DNA of 64,000 bases from Spirochaetota bacterium (GCA_965208615.1 CBDBPB010000001.1:160001-224000); one strand, 5' to 3'. Counted from the stretch's first letter, positions 10,380 through 22,134 are shown. Program-made: numbers and translations. The notes: a model not told the origin generated them from the letters alone.

Positions 10380-11000
10380 TTATTTAGAATAGAATTCAAC
10401 AATAAGCTGTTCATTAGCAGCTATCCGAATATCTTCTCTGACAGGCAGATGAATGATTTTAACTTTAACCTCATTTTCATCTACTTCTATCCAAGAAGGT
10501 CTTTCTTCCTTTTTTAACCCCTCACGGATCACACCTAAATTTTTACTTTCCTGTTTGGCTTCAATTATATCTCCAGACCTAATTTGAAATGAAGGTATAT
10601 TAACTTTACGCCCATTAACTTTAAAATGTCCGTGATTTACAAGTTGCCTAGCCTGACTTCGTGAAGAAGCAAAATTACTTTTATAAACAATATTATCTAA
10701 CCTTCTTTCTAAGAAAATTAGCAAATTATCCCCAGTTTTACCAAGTTTACTATCTGCTCTTACAAAAGTATTATAAAACTGCTTTTCTAAAAGGCCATAC
10801 ATTCTCTTAACCTTTTGCTTTTCTCTAAGCTCTAAACCGTAGTCAGTTATTTTTCTCATTCGTTTTTTACCCCGCACACCGGGAGTAGATTTTCTTTTAA
10901 CCACAGCACATTTAGGCGAAAAACATCGAGTTCCCTTTAAAAAAAGCTGTGTTTTTTCAGCCCTACATAACCGACAAACTGCTCCAATATGTCTACCCAT
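10380..11000 (-). CDS. rpsD: 30S ribosomal protein S4 (Zn-ribbon form)
   Basis: CRLCRAE..C..C, LERRLDN, QLIVEFYSK. Confidence 0.98.
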   Translation of the reverse strand: MGRHIGAVCRLCRAEKTQLFLKGTRCFSPKCAVVKRKSTPGVRGKKRMRKITDYGLELREKQKVKRMYGLLEKQFYNTFVRADSKLGKTGDNLLIFLERRLDNIVYKSNFASSRSQARQLVNHGHFKVNGRKVNIPSFQIRSGDIIEAKQESKNLGVIREGLKKEERPSWIEVDENEVKVKIIHLPVREDIRIAANEQLIVEFYSK

Positions 11001-11053
11001 ACTTACCTCTATGCTAATAACAATTTAAATTAACCTAAAAACAATGTTAAAAT

Positions 11054-11443
11054 TCATACTCTTCTTCTTTTTGAAGGCCTACAACCATTATGGGGTATAG
11101 GAGTAACATCCTTAATCATAGTTATTTTTAATCCAGCATTCTTCAAAGCTCTAATTGCAGCCTCTCTACCCACACCCGGACCTTTAACTTGAACAACAAT
11201 TGATTGCAAACCATGTTCCATAGCTTTTTTAGCAGCATTCTCAGAAGTCATTTGAGCGGCAAAAGGAGTACTCTTCTTAGCACCCTTAAAACCCAGACTC
11301 CCAGCGCTAGAAGATGAAATAGAGTTACCCCTAACATCACTAACAGTTACAATAGTATTATTAAAACTAGCTTTAATATGAACTATACCTTTTACAATAT
11401 TTTTCTTTTCTTTCTTTTTGGTTTTTTTCTTTGTAGTAGCCAA
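11054..11443 (-). CDS. rpsK: 30S ribosomal protein S11
   Basis: [30 protein letters not shown]. Confidence 0.98.
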   Translation of the reverse strand: MATTKKKTKKKEKKNIVKGIVHIKASFNNTIVTVSDVRGNSISSSSAGSLGFKGAKKSTPFAAQMTSENAAKKAMEHGLQSIVVQVKGPGVGREAAIRALKNAGLKITMIKDVTPIPHNGCRPSKRRRV

Positions 11444-11458
11444 ATTAAAATCCCCTAA

Positions 11459-11818
11459 TTATTTTTTCTTACTACCAGATCTTTTTTTCCATGTGTTAGC
11501 ATTAGTACGGGTTCGCTGACCTCTAACAGGTAAACTCCTTCTATGCCTTAAGCCTCTATAACATCCTATTTCCATAAGACGCTTTATATTCATAGACACT
11601 TCAGTTCGCATATCACCTTCTACTTTATAATTAGAGCTAATATATTCCCTAATTTTAATTAACTGATCTTCAGATAAGTTTCTCATTTTAGTATTTATAT
11701 CAATACTTAACTCTTTAACAATCTTTTTAGCTCTAGACCTACCAATACCATAAATATATGTTAATGATATTTCTACTCGTTTATTGGATGGTAAATCAAC
11801 ACCTGCTATTCTCGCCAT
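11459..11818 (-). CDS. rpsM: 30S ribosomal protein S13
   Basis: [27 protein letters not shown]. Confidence 0.98.
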   Translation of the reverse strand: MARIAGVDLPSNKRVEISLTYIYGIGRSRAKKIVKELSIDINTKMRNLSEDQLIKIREYISSNYKVEGDMRTEVSMNIKRLMEIGCYRGLRHRRSLPVRGQRTRTNANTWKKRSGSKKK

Positions 11819-11839
11819 TATAATATTCCTTTTTACTTA

Positions 11840-11953
11840 TTATTTTTGTCTCTGTTTATGCTTAGGATTTTTACAAATAACCCTAAGTACACCTTTACGC
11901 CTTATAACCTTACACTTCTCACAAATTGCCTTTACACTAACCCTTACTTTCAT
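11840..11953 (-). CDS. rpmJ: 50S ribosomal protein L36 (not in the ORF track)
   Basis: Manual translation [37 protein letters not shown]; canonical position. Confidence 0.97.
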   Translation of the reverse strand: MKVRVSVKAICEKCKVIRRKGVLRVICKNPKHKQRQK

Positions 11954-11968
11954 TTTTACCTCTTTACC

Positions 11969-12187
11969 TCATTTAAATCTATAAGTAATTCGTCCTCTAG
12001 ATAGGTCATAAGGTGATAGTTCAATAGTAACCCGATCACCAGGAAGAATTCGTATAAAATTCATTCTCATTTTACCTGAAATATGAGCCAAAACTTTATG
12101 TCCATTATCCAGCTCCACTCTAAACATAGCGTTCGGCAACGGCTCTAACACTTTACCTTCCACTTCTATAGCATCTTCTTTTGGCAA
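11969..12187 (-). CDS. infA: Translation initiation factor IF-1
   Basis: [31 protein letters not shown]. Confidence 0.98.
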   Translation of the reverse strand: MPKEDAIEVEGKVLEPLPNAMFRVELDNGHKVLAHISGKMRMNFIRILPGDRVTIELSPYDLSRGRITYRFK

Positions 12188-12340
12188 TTAAAACTCCTAA
12201 AAGTTAATTTTACATAAGACTAAAAACTCTACTAGTAAACCCATAGCAAAGAGGCCAAATAAGATATTTAACTAAATATACCTCTACCTCTTATCTTACA
12301 ATAAAAAAACTTATAACTCAAAATACAAAGTTATTTTAAC

Positions 12341-13675
12341 CTATCTTCTACCTCTTAACTTACCTTTTTTCATAAAACCACTTAAATTACGAGTTAATAA
12401 ATGAGACTCTATCTGCTTAGCAGTATCTAATCCCACCCCAACCATAATCAACAACGAAGTTCCCCCCATTAAATAACGGAAATTAGGCGGTATATTCGTT
12501 GTAAACTCGTAGACTAAATCTGGAAAAATAGCAACAAATCCTAAAAAAATAGAACCAGGTAACGTTATTCTATTCAATACCTTAGATAAATAAGAAGAAG
12601 TATGAGTTCCAGGCCTTATACCTGGTATAAATCCCCCTTCTTTTTTAAGCCTGTCAGCAATCTCAACAGGATTAAAATAAATAGCAGTATAAAAATAAGC
12701 AAAAAATATAACCATAAATAAATATAAGATAATATACGGTGCATGACCAGGTGATAAATTATTAGCAATACTACTTAATGTTTCATTACCTGAACCAAAT
12801 GCCCCAATTAGATATGCAGGGAACATAATGACTGACGTAGCAAAAATTATAGGAATAACTCCACTAGGATTAATCTTAAATGGAATATGAGTAGACTGAG
12901 CTCCATACATACGATTGCCTATAACTCTTTTAGCATATTGAACAGGAATCTTTCTAGTAGCAGTTTGCTCAGCAACTACCAAACCTATTAATACAGCAAA
13001 AATAAAAAATACTATTACTAAAGTAATAGCGTTTAAATTACCATCTTTAACTGTTGTAAAAAGTTCAACTAACGACATTGGAAGACGAGCAACAATACCA
13101 GCAAAAATAAGTAAAGATACACCATTACCAATTCCTTTCTCAGTTATACGCTCTCCCAACCAAAGAAGAAACATACTACCAGTGGTCATAGTTAAAACAA
13201 AAGTCAAATAAAAACCCCAATCCATCCCACCTGGAACAACATCAGTACTTTTTGAGTAAACAGTGTTTTTTAAAAGTATTATAAGCCCAATAGATTGGAT
13301 TATACAAAGAAGAACAGTACCATATTTAGTATATAGTTCGATTTTCTTTTGTCCATAACTACCCTCTTTAGAGAGTTTATCCAACGCAGGAATTACAACT
13401 TTAAGCAACTGCATTATTATAGATGAACTAATATATGGCATAATGCCCAAAGCAAAAAGAGAAAATTGCCCCAAAGCTCCACCAGAAAAAAGATTTAATA
13501 AACCAAGAATACCTGTCTGTGAAGCTTCTCCAAAAGCCTCAAACAAAGCCGAAGGATCAATACCAGGACATGGGATTTGAGCACCAATCCTAAAAACAGT
13601 TAAGATAAATATGGTAAATAATACCCTATCCCTAAGGTCTTTAACCATAAATATATTCTTAATTACTTTAATCAT
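12341..13675 (-). CDS. secY: Preprotein translocase SecY
   Basis: FALGIMPYISSSII, GIGNGVSLLIFAGI, FIPGIRPG, GGTSLLI. Confidence 0.98.
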   Translation of the reverse strand: MIKVIKNIFMVKDLRDRVLFTIFILTVFRIGAQIPCPGIDPSALFEAFGEASQTGILGLLNLFSGGALGQFSLFALGIMPYISSSIIMQLLKVVIPALDKLSKEGSYGQKKIELYTKYGTVLLCIIQSIGLIILLKNTVYSKSTDVVPGGMDWGFYLTFVLTMTTGSMFLLWLGERITEKGIGNGVSLLIFAGIVARLPMSLVELFTTVKDGNLNAITLVIVFFIFAVLIGLVVAEQTATRKIPVQYAKRVIGNRMYGAQSTHIPFKINPSGVIPIIFATSVIMFPAYLIGAFGSGNETLSSIANNLSPGHAPYIILYLFMVIFFAYFYTAIYFNPVEIADRLKKEGGFIPGIRPGTHTSSYLSKVLNRITLPGSIFLGFVAIFPDLVYEFTTNIPPNFRYLMGGTSLLIMVGVGLDTAKQIESHLLTRNLSGFMKKGKLRGRR

Positions 13676-13712
13676 AATATTCCTTTATTTACTATGTAAG
13701 CCTAGAGTATCC

Positions 13713-14156
13713 CTAATCTTGCTTTATAAAATTAGCACCAATTTTATCAATCTTTTCTTTAGCCGATTTAGATATAGCATTTAGCTTAATAGTAAGCTTT
13801 TTATTCAGTTCCCCATTACCAAGCAGCTTAACTCGTTCACTATTTTTTCTAATCAATCCCTTTTTTTTCAGAGAAACAATATTAACTTCTTCAGATCCAT
13901 CAAATACATTCAATAAACCAATATTTATAACATTAACTTCTTTTCTAAAAATATTATTAAAACCCTTTTTAGGTAGCCTTCTATATATGGGCATTTGTCC
14001 GCCTTCAAACCCTACATAAGGATTAGCACTACCAGAACGAGACTTAGCGCCACCATGACCTCTAGTAGAGGTTTTACCATGCCCACTTCCTGTACCTCGT
14101 CCAACTCGTTTAGGCTTTTTAATGGAACCTTTATTTGGTTTTAGTTTAAAATCCAT
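13713..14156 (-). CDS. rplO: 50S ribosomal protein L15
   Basis: RVGRGTGSGHGKT, GFEGGQMP. Confidence 0.98.
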   Translation of the reverse strand: MDFKLKPNKGSIKKPKRVGRGTGSGHGKTSTRGHGGAKSRSGSANPYVGFEGGQMPIYRRLPKKGFNNIFRKEVNVINIGLLNVFDGSEEVNIVSLKKKGLIRKNSERVKLLGNGELNKKLTIKLNAISKSAKEKIDKIGANFIKQD

Positions 14157-14169
14157 AAGTCCTCCAACA

Positions 14170-14358
14170 CTATTCTACAATAGTAACAAGGTGTTTAACT
14201 TTTTCTACCATACCCAATATAGCATTATTCTTTTTTTGAATAACAATCTGATTAATTCTTCTTAGTCCAAGAGCTTTTAAAGTCAGTTTTTGATTTTTTG
14301 TTTTACCAATAGGACTTCTTAGCAATTTTATCTTAAGTTCTTTATCCACAATTAACAC
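14170..14358 (-). CDS. rpmD: 50S ribosomal protein L30
   Basis: RSPIG...TLKALGLRR; position in spc operon. Confidence 0.95.
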   Translation of the reverse strand: MLIVDKELKIKLLRSPIGKTKNQKLTLKALGLRRINQIVIQKKNNAILGMVEKVKHLVTIVE

Positions 14359-14359
14359 C

Positions 14360-14863
14360 TTATTTAAATATTTCCATTATTTTTTTACCCCGCTTTTTAG
14401 CTTCAACCTCAACATCTTTAAGAGACTTAAGTCCATGATAAGTTGCTTTAACAACATTTAACGCATTTTTAGTTCCCTGAACCTTTGAAAGTATATCATG
14501 TATACCTGCATACTCAAGCACAGTCTTGACTGCTCCCCCAGCTATTAGTCCAGTTCCTGGAGTAGCAGGCTTCATCCAGACTCTACCGCTACCAAACTTT
14601 CCAATTATTTCATGAGATATTGTATTTTTTTTAATACATACTTTTATAAGATTCTTTTTTGCATCTTCTACACCCTTACCTATAGCATCTGGAACTTCAT
14701 TAGCTTTACCAAAGCCTATTCCAACATGACCAGCTTTATCACCAACAACCATTAACGCACTAAAACTAAAACGTCTACCACCTTTTACTACCTTAGCACA
14801 ACGATTTAGTTTAACTAACTTTTCACTTAAGTTTAACTTATTTGGGTTAATTTTCTCTCTCAT
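14360..14863 (-). CDS. rpsE: 30S ribosomal protein S5
   Basis: [18 protein letters not shown]. Confidence 0.98.
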   Translation of the reverse strand: MREKINPNKLNLSEKLVKLNRCAKVVKGGRRFSFSALMVVGDKAGHVGIGFGKANEVPDAIGKGVEDAKKNLIKVCIKKNTISHEIIGKFGSGRVWMKPATPGTGLIAGGAVKTVLEYAGIHDILSKVQGTKNALNVVKATYHGLKSLKDVEVEAKKRGKKIMEIFK

Positions 14864-14886
14864 TATAAATCACCATTAGTTTTAGT

Positions 14887-15252
14887 TTAAAAAATCAGTC
14901 CACCTTCACGACAGGCATCAGCCAAAGCTTTAACTCTCCCATGAAATGGATAACCGTTTCTATCAAATATAACTTTAGTTATTTTTTTACTCTTAGCTCT
15001 TTCTGCCAATAACTTTCCTACAGAAGTCGCCGTTTCCTTATTACATCTAGAAGTACTGCTTATAAGAGCCAAAGATTTATCCAGCGTTGATGCCATACAT
15101 AAAGTATTATGATTATCATCATCAATTAGTTGGGCATAAATATTTTTACAACTTTTAAAGACAGTCAGCCTAGGACGCTCTAAAGTTCCTCTAATTTTAT
15201 TCCTAATAGACTTTTTTCTTCTAGCTCTTTTTACTCGTTTATCAATTATCAT
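14887..15252 (-). CDS. rplR: 50S ribosomal protein L18
   Basis: RPRLTVFKS, FDRNGYPFHGRVKALAD. Confidence 0.98.
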   Translation of the reverse strand: MIIDKRVKRARRKKSIRNKIRGTLERPRLTVFKSCKNIYAQLIDDDNHNTLCMASTLDKSLALISSTSRCNKETATSVGKLLAERAKSKKITKVIFDRNGYPFHGRVKALADACREGGLIF

Positions 15253-15271
15253 AGTTTACCTGTTAATAAGT

Positions 15272-15817
15272 TTATTTTGCAGATTTACCAGCTTTCTGTT
15301 TCACAATTTCTTCTGCATATTTAATACCTTTTCGCTTATAAGGTTCAGGAGGTCTTATTTGCCTTATTAAAGCCGCAACTTGTCCCAAAAGCTGTTTATC
15401 ATAACCTGAAAGAGTAATAACAATGTTATCATCTATTTTGCAGTTGATCCCCTTAGGTAGCTTAAAATGGACAGGGTGAGAATATCCTACTTGAAAAGTA
15501 ATTTCATCTTTCCCTTTTAGCTGTGCCCTATAACCAACGCCTTTTAACTCAAGCTTCCGAGTAAATCCTTCACTAACTCCAATAACCATATTATTTAGTA
15601 AGCTTCTATAAAGACCATGAAGAGCCTTTTTTTCTTTTGAGTCACTTTCACGTTTTACAAGAACTCTATTTTCATTTATATCAAAAGAAATTCCATCCCT
15701 AATATTTTGACTAAGCTCACCCTTTACACCTGATACCTTTAATACCTTATCATTTTCTAGAAAAACTACTTTAACCTTATCTGGAATTCTAACTTCTTTT
15801 AAACCTATTCGTGACAT
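15272..15817 (-). CDS. rplF: 50S ribosomal protein L6 (start reset to MSRIG)
   Basis: MSRIG, GVGYRA, RPPEPYK. Confidence 0.97.
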   Translation of the reverse strand: MSRIGLKEVRIPDKVKVVFLENDKVLKVSGVKGELSQNIRDGISFDINENRVLVKRESDSKEKKALHGLYRSLLNNMVIGVSEGFTRKLELKGVGYRAQLKGKDEITFQVGYSHPVHFKLPKGINCKIDDNIVITLSGYDKQLLGQVAALIRQIRPPEPYKRKGIKYAEEIVKQKAGKSAK

Positions 15818-15827
15818 AATATCCTCT

Positions 15828-16227
15828 TTACCAAATGTAACAGAGTATTTCTCCACCAACATTCATTTCTTCTCGAGCTTTTTTACCAGTAAGAATCCCT
15901 TTGGAAGTTGAAACAATAACTACTCCCAAGCCATTCAAAATTCTAGGAATATCTTTAGCCTTTTTATAAACACGCCTTCCCTGCTTACTAACCCTTTTTA
16001 TATTGGTGATTACTTTTTGATTATCATCAGTATACTTCAAAAATACTCTAATACAATTAATATTTTTTAAGCTCTACTAGCTTAAAGTTTTTAATAAAGC
16101 CTTCATTCTTAAAGATTTTGATCATCTCAAGTTTAACCTTAGACAAGGATATTTCCACTTTTTCATGTCTTGCCTGAGAAGCATTTTTTATCATAGAAAT
16201 CATATTAGCAATTGTATCAACACTCAC
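15828..16227 (-). CDS. rpsH: 30S ribosomal protein S8, frameshifted at an A6 run near 16063-16068 (probable sequencing error)
   Basis: GTG start with GGAGG RBS gives [16 protein letters not shown]...EGFIK; the other frame continues ...[10 protein letters not shown]...STSKGIL...GGEILCYIW. Confidence 0.93.
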
Positions 16228-16240
16228 AATATCCTCCTTT

Positions 16241-16426
16241 TTACCAACTTGATTTTGTTACACCTGGGATAAGGCCTTCATTAGCTAACTTTCTAAAACA
16301 TATACGACACATTTTAAATTTTCTCAAATAACTTCTTGATCTACCACATATTTTACATCTATTATATTCACGAGTTTTATATTTTTGTTTTCTTTTTTGT
16401 TTAGCAATCATCGATTTTTTAGCCAT
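16241..16426 (-). CDS. rpsZ: 30S ribosomal protein S14 (type Z, Zn-binding)
   Basis: RCKICGR...CRICFR...PGVTKSSW. Confidence 0.97.
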   Translation of the reverse strand: MAKKSMIAKQKRKQKYKTREYNRCKICGRSRSYLRKFKMCRICFRKLANEGLIPGVTKSSW

Positions 16427-16556
16427 TACTATTCCTTTTCATAAATAAGTATACTTAAAGCTTTTCATAGCTTTTAATATTATCTAAATAATAAATATTT
16501 TACTTACTAAATTATACATTTTTTATAGTATAAAAACAAATATAATATATTGATCT

Positions 16557-17111
16557 TTAATTTCTAAAAGGCATTCCAAAATATTTTAACAATGCTTTCG
16601 CCTCATCATCAGTATTAGCAGTGGTAACAATACTAATATCCATACCGTGTATTTTTTCAACCTTATCATAATTTATTTCTGGAAAAATAATTTGTTCCTT
16701 AATCCCTAAAGAATAGTTACCTCTCCCATCAAACGACTTTCCTGAAACACCTTTAAAATCTCTAACCCGTGGAAGTGCAATACTTACAAGCCTATCAAGG
16801 AATTCATACATAGTCTTTCCTCGCAAAGTTACCTTACAACCAATTTTATAGCCTTCCCTAAGCTTAAAGTTAGATATAGATTTTCTAGCCACAGTTTTAA
16901 TAGGCCTCTGACCAGTAATAGTAGATAGTTCGCTAACAGCTATGTCTAAAAGCTTTTTATTTTCTATAGCTTTTCCAAGACCAACATTTAGAACAATCTT
17001 AACTAACTTAGGTATAGCCATTACATTCTTATAGCCTTTTTCTTTTCCTAAAGCAGGAACAATTTCTTTTTTATACTTAGTATATAACCTTGGCTCCATT
17101 ATTGACCTCAA
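16557..17111 (-). CDS. rplE: 50S ribosomal protein L5
   Basis: [22 protein letters not shown]. Confidence 0.98.
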   Translation of the reverse strand: MRSIMEPRLYTKYKKEIVPALGKEKGYKNVMAIPKLVKIVLNVGLGKAIENKKLLDIAVSELSTITGQRPIKTVARKSISNFKLREGYKIGCKVTLRGKTMYEFLDRLVSIALPRVRDFKGVSGKSFDGRGNYSLGIKEQIIFPEINYDKVEKIHGMDISIVTTANTDDEAKALLKYFGMPFRN

Positions 17112-17116
17112 TTTAA

Positions 17117-17476
17117 CTACTTCTTATCAAAGGAATATCCACACTTACGACAAAAACGCCTTTTTTTAGCCTTATCTCTCTCCAGCCTGATTCTAACACC
17201 CTTATTACACTTAGGACAAAATATCATAACATTTGAAATACTCAACATAGATGGAATTTCAACAATTTCACCTGTTCTCTGTTCTTGATTAGCCTTTCTA
17301 TGCTTTTTAACCATATTAATATTAGGGATTTGTATTTTTCCTCTTTTTCTATCAATTATCTGTATTTGCCCTTTTTTCCCTTTATCCCTACCAGCTATAA
17401 CCATAACTTCATCAGATATTTTTAGCTTGGTTTTAATTTTTTTAGGTTTTGAAGCATACTTTATTTTAATACTCAT
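17117..17476 (-). CDS. rplX: 50S ribosomal protein L24 (C-terminal CxxC..CxxC)
   Basis: [23 protein letters not shown]. Confidence 0.96.
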   Translation of the reverse strand: MSIKIKYASKPKKIKTKLKISDEVMVIAGRDKGKKGQIQIIDRKRGKIQIPNINMVKKHRKANQEQRTGEIVEIPSMLSISNVMIFCPKCNKGVRIRLERDKAKKRRFCRKCGYSFDKK

Positions 17477-17492
17477 AATAGTCTTCCTTTAA

Positions 17493-17861
17493 CTATATTA
17501 CCTCAGGAGCTAAAGATACAATTTTCATATAATCTTTTTCTCTTAGTTCTCTAGCCACAGGACCAAATATTCTAGTCCCTTTAGGGTTATTGGCATCATC
17601 AACTATAACAGCCGCATTATTATCAAATCGAACAGCAGTACCATCTTTTCGCTTAATTTCTTTTTTAGTTCTAACAATAATAGCCTTAACAATGTTTTTC
17701 TTTTTAACATTCATATTAGGTATAGCAACTTTAACACTAGCAACAATTTTATCACCAACTCGTGCGTATCGCTTTTTAGACCCACCCAATACCTTTATAC
17801 ATTGAATTTTTTTGGCTCCACTATTATCAGCCACATTCAAATAGCTCTCTACTAGAATCAT
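17493..17861 (-). CDS. rplN: 50S ribosomal protein L14
   Basis: [20 protein letters not shown]. Confidence 0.98.
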   Translation of the reverse strand: MILVESYLNVADNSGAKKIQCIKVLGGSKKRYARVGDKIVASVKVAIPNMNVKKKNIVKAIIVRTKKEIKRKDGTAVRFDNNAAVIVDDANNPKGTRIFGPVARELREKDYMKIVSLAPEVI

Positions 17862-17863
17862 AA

Positions 17864-18127
17864 CTAATTTCCTCTTGTTTTCTCCAAAACTTCAACCAAT
17901 CTAAAGTGCTTATGTCGACTAATAGGCCTACACTCAATTATTTTAACCTTATCTCCGATTTTACAAATGCTTTTTTCATCATGAGCTTTAAATTTCTTAC
18001 TTTTGCGTAAGTACTTTTTATATATAGGATGAAGCTTTAGCCACTCAACCAAAACAGTAATAGTTTTATCCATTTTATTGCTAACAACTTTTCCAATCAA
18101 TACTTTTTTGTTAACTTTTTTTATCAT
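17864..18127 (-). CDS. rpsQ: 30S ribosomal protein S17
   Basis: [21 protein letters not shown]. Confidence 0.98.
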   Translation of the reverse strand: MIKKVNKKVLIGKVVSNKMDKTITVLVEWLKLHPIYKKYLRKSKKFKAHDEKSICKIGDKVKIIECRPISRHKHFRLVEVLEKTRGN

Positions 18128-18138
18128 AACTTATTCCA

Positions 18139-18345
18139 TTACTTAGCTTTTCGTATATTTAACTGAACTTCTCTTAATATAGTATTAATTCTGGCAATAT
18201 CACGCTTAATAATCCTCATTCTTGCAGGATTACTAACACTTCCAACCACCATATTAAACCTGATATTACGTTTTTCTTCTCTTAAGTCAGTTTCTAGTTT
18301 TTTTAATTCAGAAATTGATTTATCATTAAGTTCACTTTTTTTCAT
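18139..18345 (-). CDS. rpmC: 50S ribosomal protein L29
   Basis: Position in S10 operon; KRDIARINT. Confidence 0.95.
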   Translation of the reverse strand: MKKSELNDKSISELKKLETDLREEKRNIRFNMVVGSVSNPARMRIIKRDIARINTILREVQLNIRKAK

Positions 18346-18755
18346 AAGCCACGCCTTAAATAAATTTTAGTTTTTACTGGAAGTTTAAAAGAAGCCAATC
18401 TCAAAGCTTCTCTAGCTAGGGTCTCTTCTACTCCAGATATTTCAAACATAATTTTTCCAGGTTTAATTTTGCATACCCATTGCTCAATGCTTCCTTTACC
18501 TTTACCCATTCTAGTTTCAGCAGGCTTTTTAGTATATGGAAAATCAGGAAAAATTCTAATATGAAGCTTCCCACCTCTTTTAACATGCCGTGAAATAGCA
18601 ACCCTTGCTGCCTCAATCTGACGATTAGTAATAATTGCAGGTTCCATAGCGCTTAATCCAATATCTCCAAAATGAACAGTATTCCCTCTATTTGCTTTCC
18701 CTTTCATTCTACCACGTTGTCTTTTCCCATATTTAGTCCTTTTTGGCATTAACAT
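18342..18755 (-). CDS. rplP: 50S ribosomal protein L16
   Basis: RQIEAAR, IRIFPD, RMGKGKG. Confidence 0.98.
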   Translation of the reverse strand: MLMPKRTKYGKRQRGRMKGKANRGNTVHFGDIGLSAMEPAIITNRQIEAARVAISRHVKRGGKLHIRIFPDFPYTKKPAETRMGKGKGSIEQWVCKIKPGKIMFEISGVEETLAREALRLASFKLPVKTKIYLRRGL

Positions 18756-18788
18756 AGTTTAAAATCCTCCACTTTCAATAAAACCTTT

Positions 18789-19419
18789 TTACCTGTCTAA
18801 AACGTCACCCTTAAAAACCCAAACTTTAACTCCAATTGTTCCAAAAGTAGTTAAGCTTTCTGCAAAACCATAGTCAACTCTCAGCTCTCAAAGTATGAAG
18901 CGGAATACGCCCTTCTTTATATTGTTCAACTCTTGCCATTTCAGCACCACCCAGTCGTCCAGCAACAATAATCTTAACCCCTTTTGCCCCAGATTTCATT
19001 GCATTTTGAATAGCTTGCTTCATTGCTCGTTTATGAGCCATTCTTCCTTCTAGCTGCCTGGCAATATGCAACGCAACAAGATGAGCATTAGTAGCAGAAT
19101 TTCTTAACTCTACTACATTAAGATGTAGTTTTTGTTTGGTAAGCTTTTGAATTTTTCTTTTTAGAAGATCTACATCAGCACCCTTTTTCCCTATTACAAT
19201 ACCGGGTCTAGCTGTATGAATACTAACAGTTATTCTTTCAGGATAACGAACTATTTCAACTTTACCCACTTCAGCAGTTTTAAGTCGTTTTTCAATGTAC
19301 TTTCTTATTAGCAAGTCTTCATGAAGATACTCGGCATACTTATCCTTTACAAACCATTTTGAATCCCAATTTCTTATTATTTTCAAACGTAAACCAATGG
19401 GATTAACTTTTTGACCCAT
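18789..19419 (-). CDS. rpsC: 30S ribosomal protein S3, +1 frameshift near 18880 (probable sequencing error)
   Basis: [11 protein letters not shown]...PLHTLRA; the shifted frame continues [29 protein letters not shown]. Confidence 0.95.
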
Positions 19420-19428
19420 AAAAAACCC

Positions 19429-19776
19429 CTATTTATCAGATAATATTATACTCAAATGCGATGTAGGCTTATTAATTCTATCAGCTCGCCCTCTAGCTCG
19501 TGGTTTAATCCTCTTAAAAGTAGGACCTTTTGTAACCTGTACTTCTTTAATAAGCCATTTTTCTTCAGTAGTCGTAGGTTCTTTATTTTGCAAATTAGAA
19601 CCAGCACTTTTAAGGGTTTTTTCTATTATTCTTGCACCTTTTTGTGGAAGAACCGATAAAGTATTTAAAGCCTGCTGATAACCTAGCTTACTAATAGCAA
19701 GAGCCACACGCCGTAACTTTTTTGTTGATATACGATTATATTTTGATAATGCAGATGCTTCCATTTTCACTTCCAT
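19429..19776 (-). CDS. rplV: 50S ribosomal protein L22
   Basis: GPTFKRIKPRARGRA, TSHLSI. Confidence 0.97.
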   Translation of the reverse strand: MEVKMEASALSKYNRISTKKLRRVALAISKLGYQQALNTLSVLPQKGARIIEKTLKSAGSNLQNKEPTTTEEKWLIKEVQVTKGPTFKRIKPRARGRADRINKPTSHLSIILSDK

Positions 19777-19792
19777 GCTTTTCTATTTTAAT

Positions 19793-20071
19793 TTATCGCC
19801 CTTTAGCTTTTTTACTGCCAGCATGACTTCTAAATGTCCTTGTTGGTGAAAGTTCACCTAACTTATGGCCAACCAATGACTCCGATATAAAAACAGGTAT
19901 AAAAGTCTTGCCATTATGAACACTAATAGTATGTCCAATCATATCTGGTATAATTGTTGAACTTCTAGACCAAGTTTTTATTGGCTTTTTAATTTTCTCA
20001 TTATTCATTTTCAGAACTTTCTGATAAAGTTTTTTATCTATATATGGGCCTTTTTTAACTGACCTAGACAT
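19793..20071 (-). CDS. rpsS: 30S ribosomal protein S19
   Basis: [19 protein letters not shown]. Confidence 0.98.
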   Translation of the reverse strand: MSRSVKKGPYIDKKLYQKVLKMNNEKIKKPIKTWSRSSTIIPDMIGHTISVHNGKTFIPVFISESLVGHKLGELSPTRTFRSHAGSKKAKGR

Positions 20072-20092
20072 ATAATACCTCTATTATCATAG

Positions 20093-20923
20093 TTACTTTT
20101 TCTTTCTTTTGCTTACAATAAACTTGTTTGATAGCTTTTTTTTGTTTCTAGTTTTATAACCCTTAGTTGGTGTACCCCATGGACTAACTGGATGCCTACC
20201 TCCAGATGTTTTACCTTCACCACCACCATGAGGATGATCAACTGGATTCATAGCAACACCACGAACCTTTGATCTGCGGCCAAGCCATCTTCGTCTACCT
20301 GCTTTTCCTAAAGATATCTTATTATGCTCTAGGTTCCCAACTTGTCCCACAGTTGCCGTACACATACTTAATATCTTTCTAACCTCTCCAGATGGTAATC
20401 TCAAGTTACAATACTTATTCTCTTTTGCAGTTAACTGGGCAAATGTACCAGCAGAACGTGCTATTTGCCCCCCCTTACCAGGATATATTTCTATATTATG
20501 CACCCAGGTTCCAAGAGGTATGTTTTTTAGTATTAAGCTATTCCCTACTATCGACTTAACATTGCTACCATTAATAAGAGTATCTCCAACTTTTATTTTC
20601 TCAGGAGCAATAATATACCTCTTATCACCGTCTTCATAGGCAACAAGGGCTATTCTAGCAGATCTATTTGGATCATACTCAATGCTAAGGACTTTTGCCT
20701 CAACATCATGTTTTTGCCGCTTAAAATCAATTATTCTGTATTTACGCTTATGACCGCCACCACGCCGACGTACAGATATTTTACCACCGGCACCACGACC
20801 ACTTTTCTTACTCAAACCTTTAGTCAGTTTTTTATAAGGTTTATTAGCCGTAATTTCCACAAAATCTGAACCAGTCTTAAATCTTTGTCCTGGAGTAGTT
20901 GGTTTAAATTTCTTTATACCCAC
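20093..20923 (-). CDS. rplB: 50S ribosomal protein L2
   Basis: [26 protein letters not shown]. Confidence 0.99.
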   Translation of the reverse strand: MGIKKFKPTTPGQRFKTGSDFVEITANKPYKKLTKGLSKKSGRGAGGKISVRRRGGGHKRKYRIIDFKRQKHDVEAKVLSIEYDPNRSARIALVAYEDGDKRYIIAPEKIKVGDTLINGSNVKSIVGNSLILKNIPLGTWVHNIEIYPGKGGQIARSAGTFAQLTAKENKYCNLRLPSGEVRKILSMCTATVGQVGNLEHNKISLGKAGRRRWLGRRSKVRGVAMNPVDHPHGGGEGKTSGGRHPVSPWGTPTKGYKTRNKKKLSNKFIVSKRKKK

Positions 20924-20935
20924 GTATACCCTCTC

Positions 20936-21244
20936 TTAAATTCCCTCATAAAATTCAAAATTACCTTTAAACTTTTCACCAGACTTAGGTTGCTTTAAAG
21001 TTACAATAGCTTTTTTCCAAGCAGATGTATAGCCAGTTCTACCTCGCCTACCAACTTTCTTACTTTTTATATTTATAATATTGCATTTAGTAACTCTAAC
21101 CTTAAAAAGCTTTTCCAAAGCATTTTTAATCATTATTTTATTAGCCCTCACACCAACTTTAAACCAATATTTATTTAACAAAGCTCTATTGCTATTGGTT
21201 TTTTCAGTTAATATAGGACTTCTAATCACTGAATTATCATTCAT
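20936..21244 (-). CDS. rplW: 50S ribosomal protein L23
   Basis: PILTEK, WKKAIVTL. Confidence 0.95.
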   Translation of the reverse strand: MNDNSVIRSPILTEKTNSNRALLNKYWFKVGVRANKIMIKNALEKLFKVRVTKCNIINIKSKKVGRRGRTGYTSAWKKAIVTLKQPKSGEKFKGNFEFYEGI

Positions 21245-21342
21245 TATAACTAACCCAAATAAACAAAAAACTAAAAATCATTAATAGATAATCAACTTAA
21301 ATATAATAATAACTAAACTATTTATAATACAATATTTCTATA

Positions 21343-22068
21343 TTAATATTTTCTATTATCCTCAGCATTATCCAAAGGCAGTTTGGATAAATAAAATCCT
21401 TCTAATTTACCAATAACACTTTTTTCTATCATTATTTCCTTAGAGTAAAATAAGTCATAAGAGTTAAGTTTATCATAGCTTAAACATTTTACCCAAAAAA
21501 GATTACGACAAGCACGTTTTAAAAGTTTATGGTCATCAGCAGTAATTATAGTCAACCTATGTTTCTTTAAAAACTTAGACCTTTTAGCAGGTTTTAACTC
21601 ATCAAAGCTTTCTTTAATCAAGCTCATTTTCAAAAGCTTATCTAAAGCTTCTTTAGTTTTCCCATTTTCTATATTAAAATCTTCAACTACTCTAACTATA
21701 TTTTCATTAACCCTCTTGCTAAGTATAGACCTTACAGATAAGCGTTTTACTTTTTTTGGCAGCTTATATGAATAGTCTCTTGGCTTTGGACCAAAAGCAA
21801 CTCCACCTCCTCTCCAAATAGGAGATGACTTCATACCAGCCCTTGCACGACCAGTACCTTTCTGCCTCCAGGGTTTTTGAGTACTAGCCCTAACATCAGA
21901 ACGACTTTTACTAGAACTTGTACCTAATCTTTTGTTAGCCAACTCATTTTTTACAGCTTCGTAAATAACTCCTTCATTGGGAGTCATATTAAACACTCTA
22001 TCATCCAAAACTATATTTTCAGTTTCTAACCCATCATTTCCAATAACTTTATAATCCATAACATACAC
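21343..22068 (-). CDS. rplD: 50S ribosomal protein L4
   Basis: KPWRQKGTGRARAG, GGGVAFGPKPR. Confidence 0.97.
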   Translation of the reverse strand: MYVMDYKVIGNDGLETENIVLDDRVFNMTPNEGVIYEAVKNELANKRLGTSSSKSRSDVRASTQKPWRQKGTGRARAGMKSSPIWRGGGVAFGPKPRDYSYKLPKKVKRLSVRSILSKRVNENIVRVVEDFNIENGKTKEALDKLLKMSLIKESFDELKPAKRSKFLKKHRLTIITADDHKLLKRACRNLFWVKCLSYDKLNSYDLFYSKEIMIEKSVIGKLEGFYLSKLPLDNAEDNRKY

Positions 22069-22134
22069 CAGTTTATCTAAACTTTAAATAACTACACTCT
22101 ACTATAATAAATGACTATAATAGCCTTATTCTAT

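Noticed and set aside
15828-19419. rpsH and rpsC as pseudogenes, programmed frameshifts, or a recoded TGA in rpsC
   Set aside because: Both genes are essential, the conserved C-termini continue in another frame, and the same +1 pattern recurs across the window, so sequencing error is the simplest explanation.
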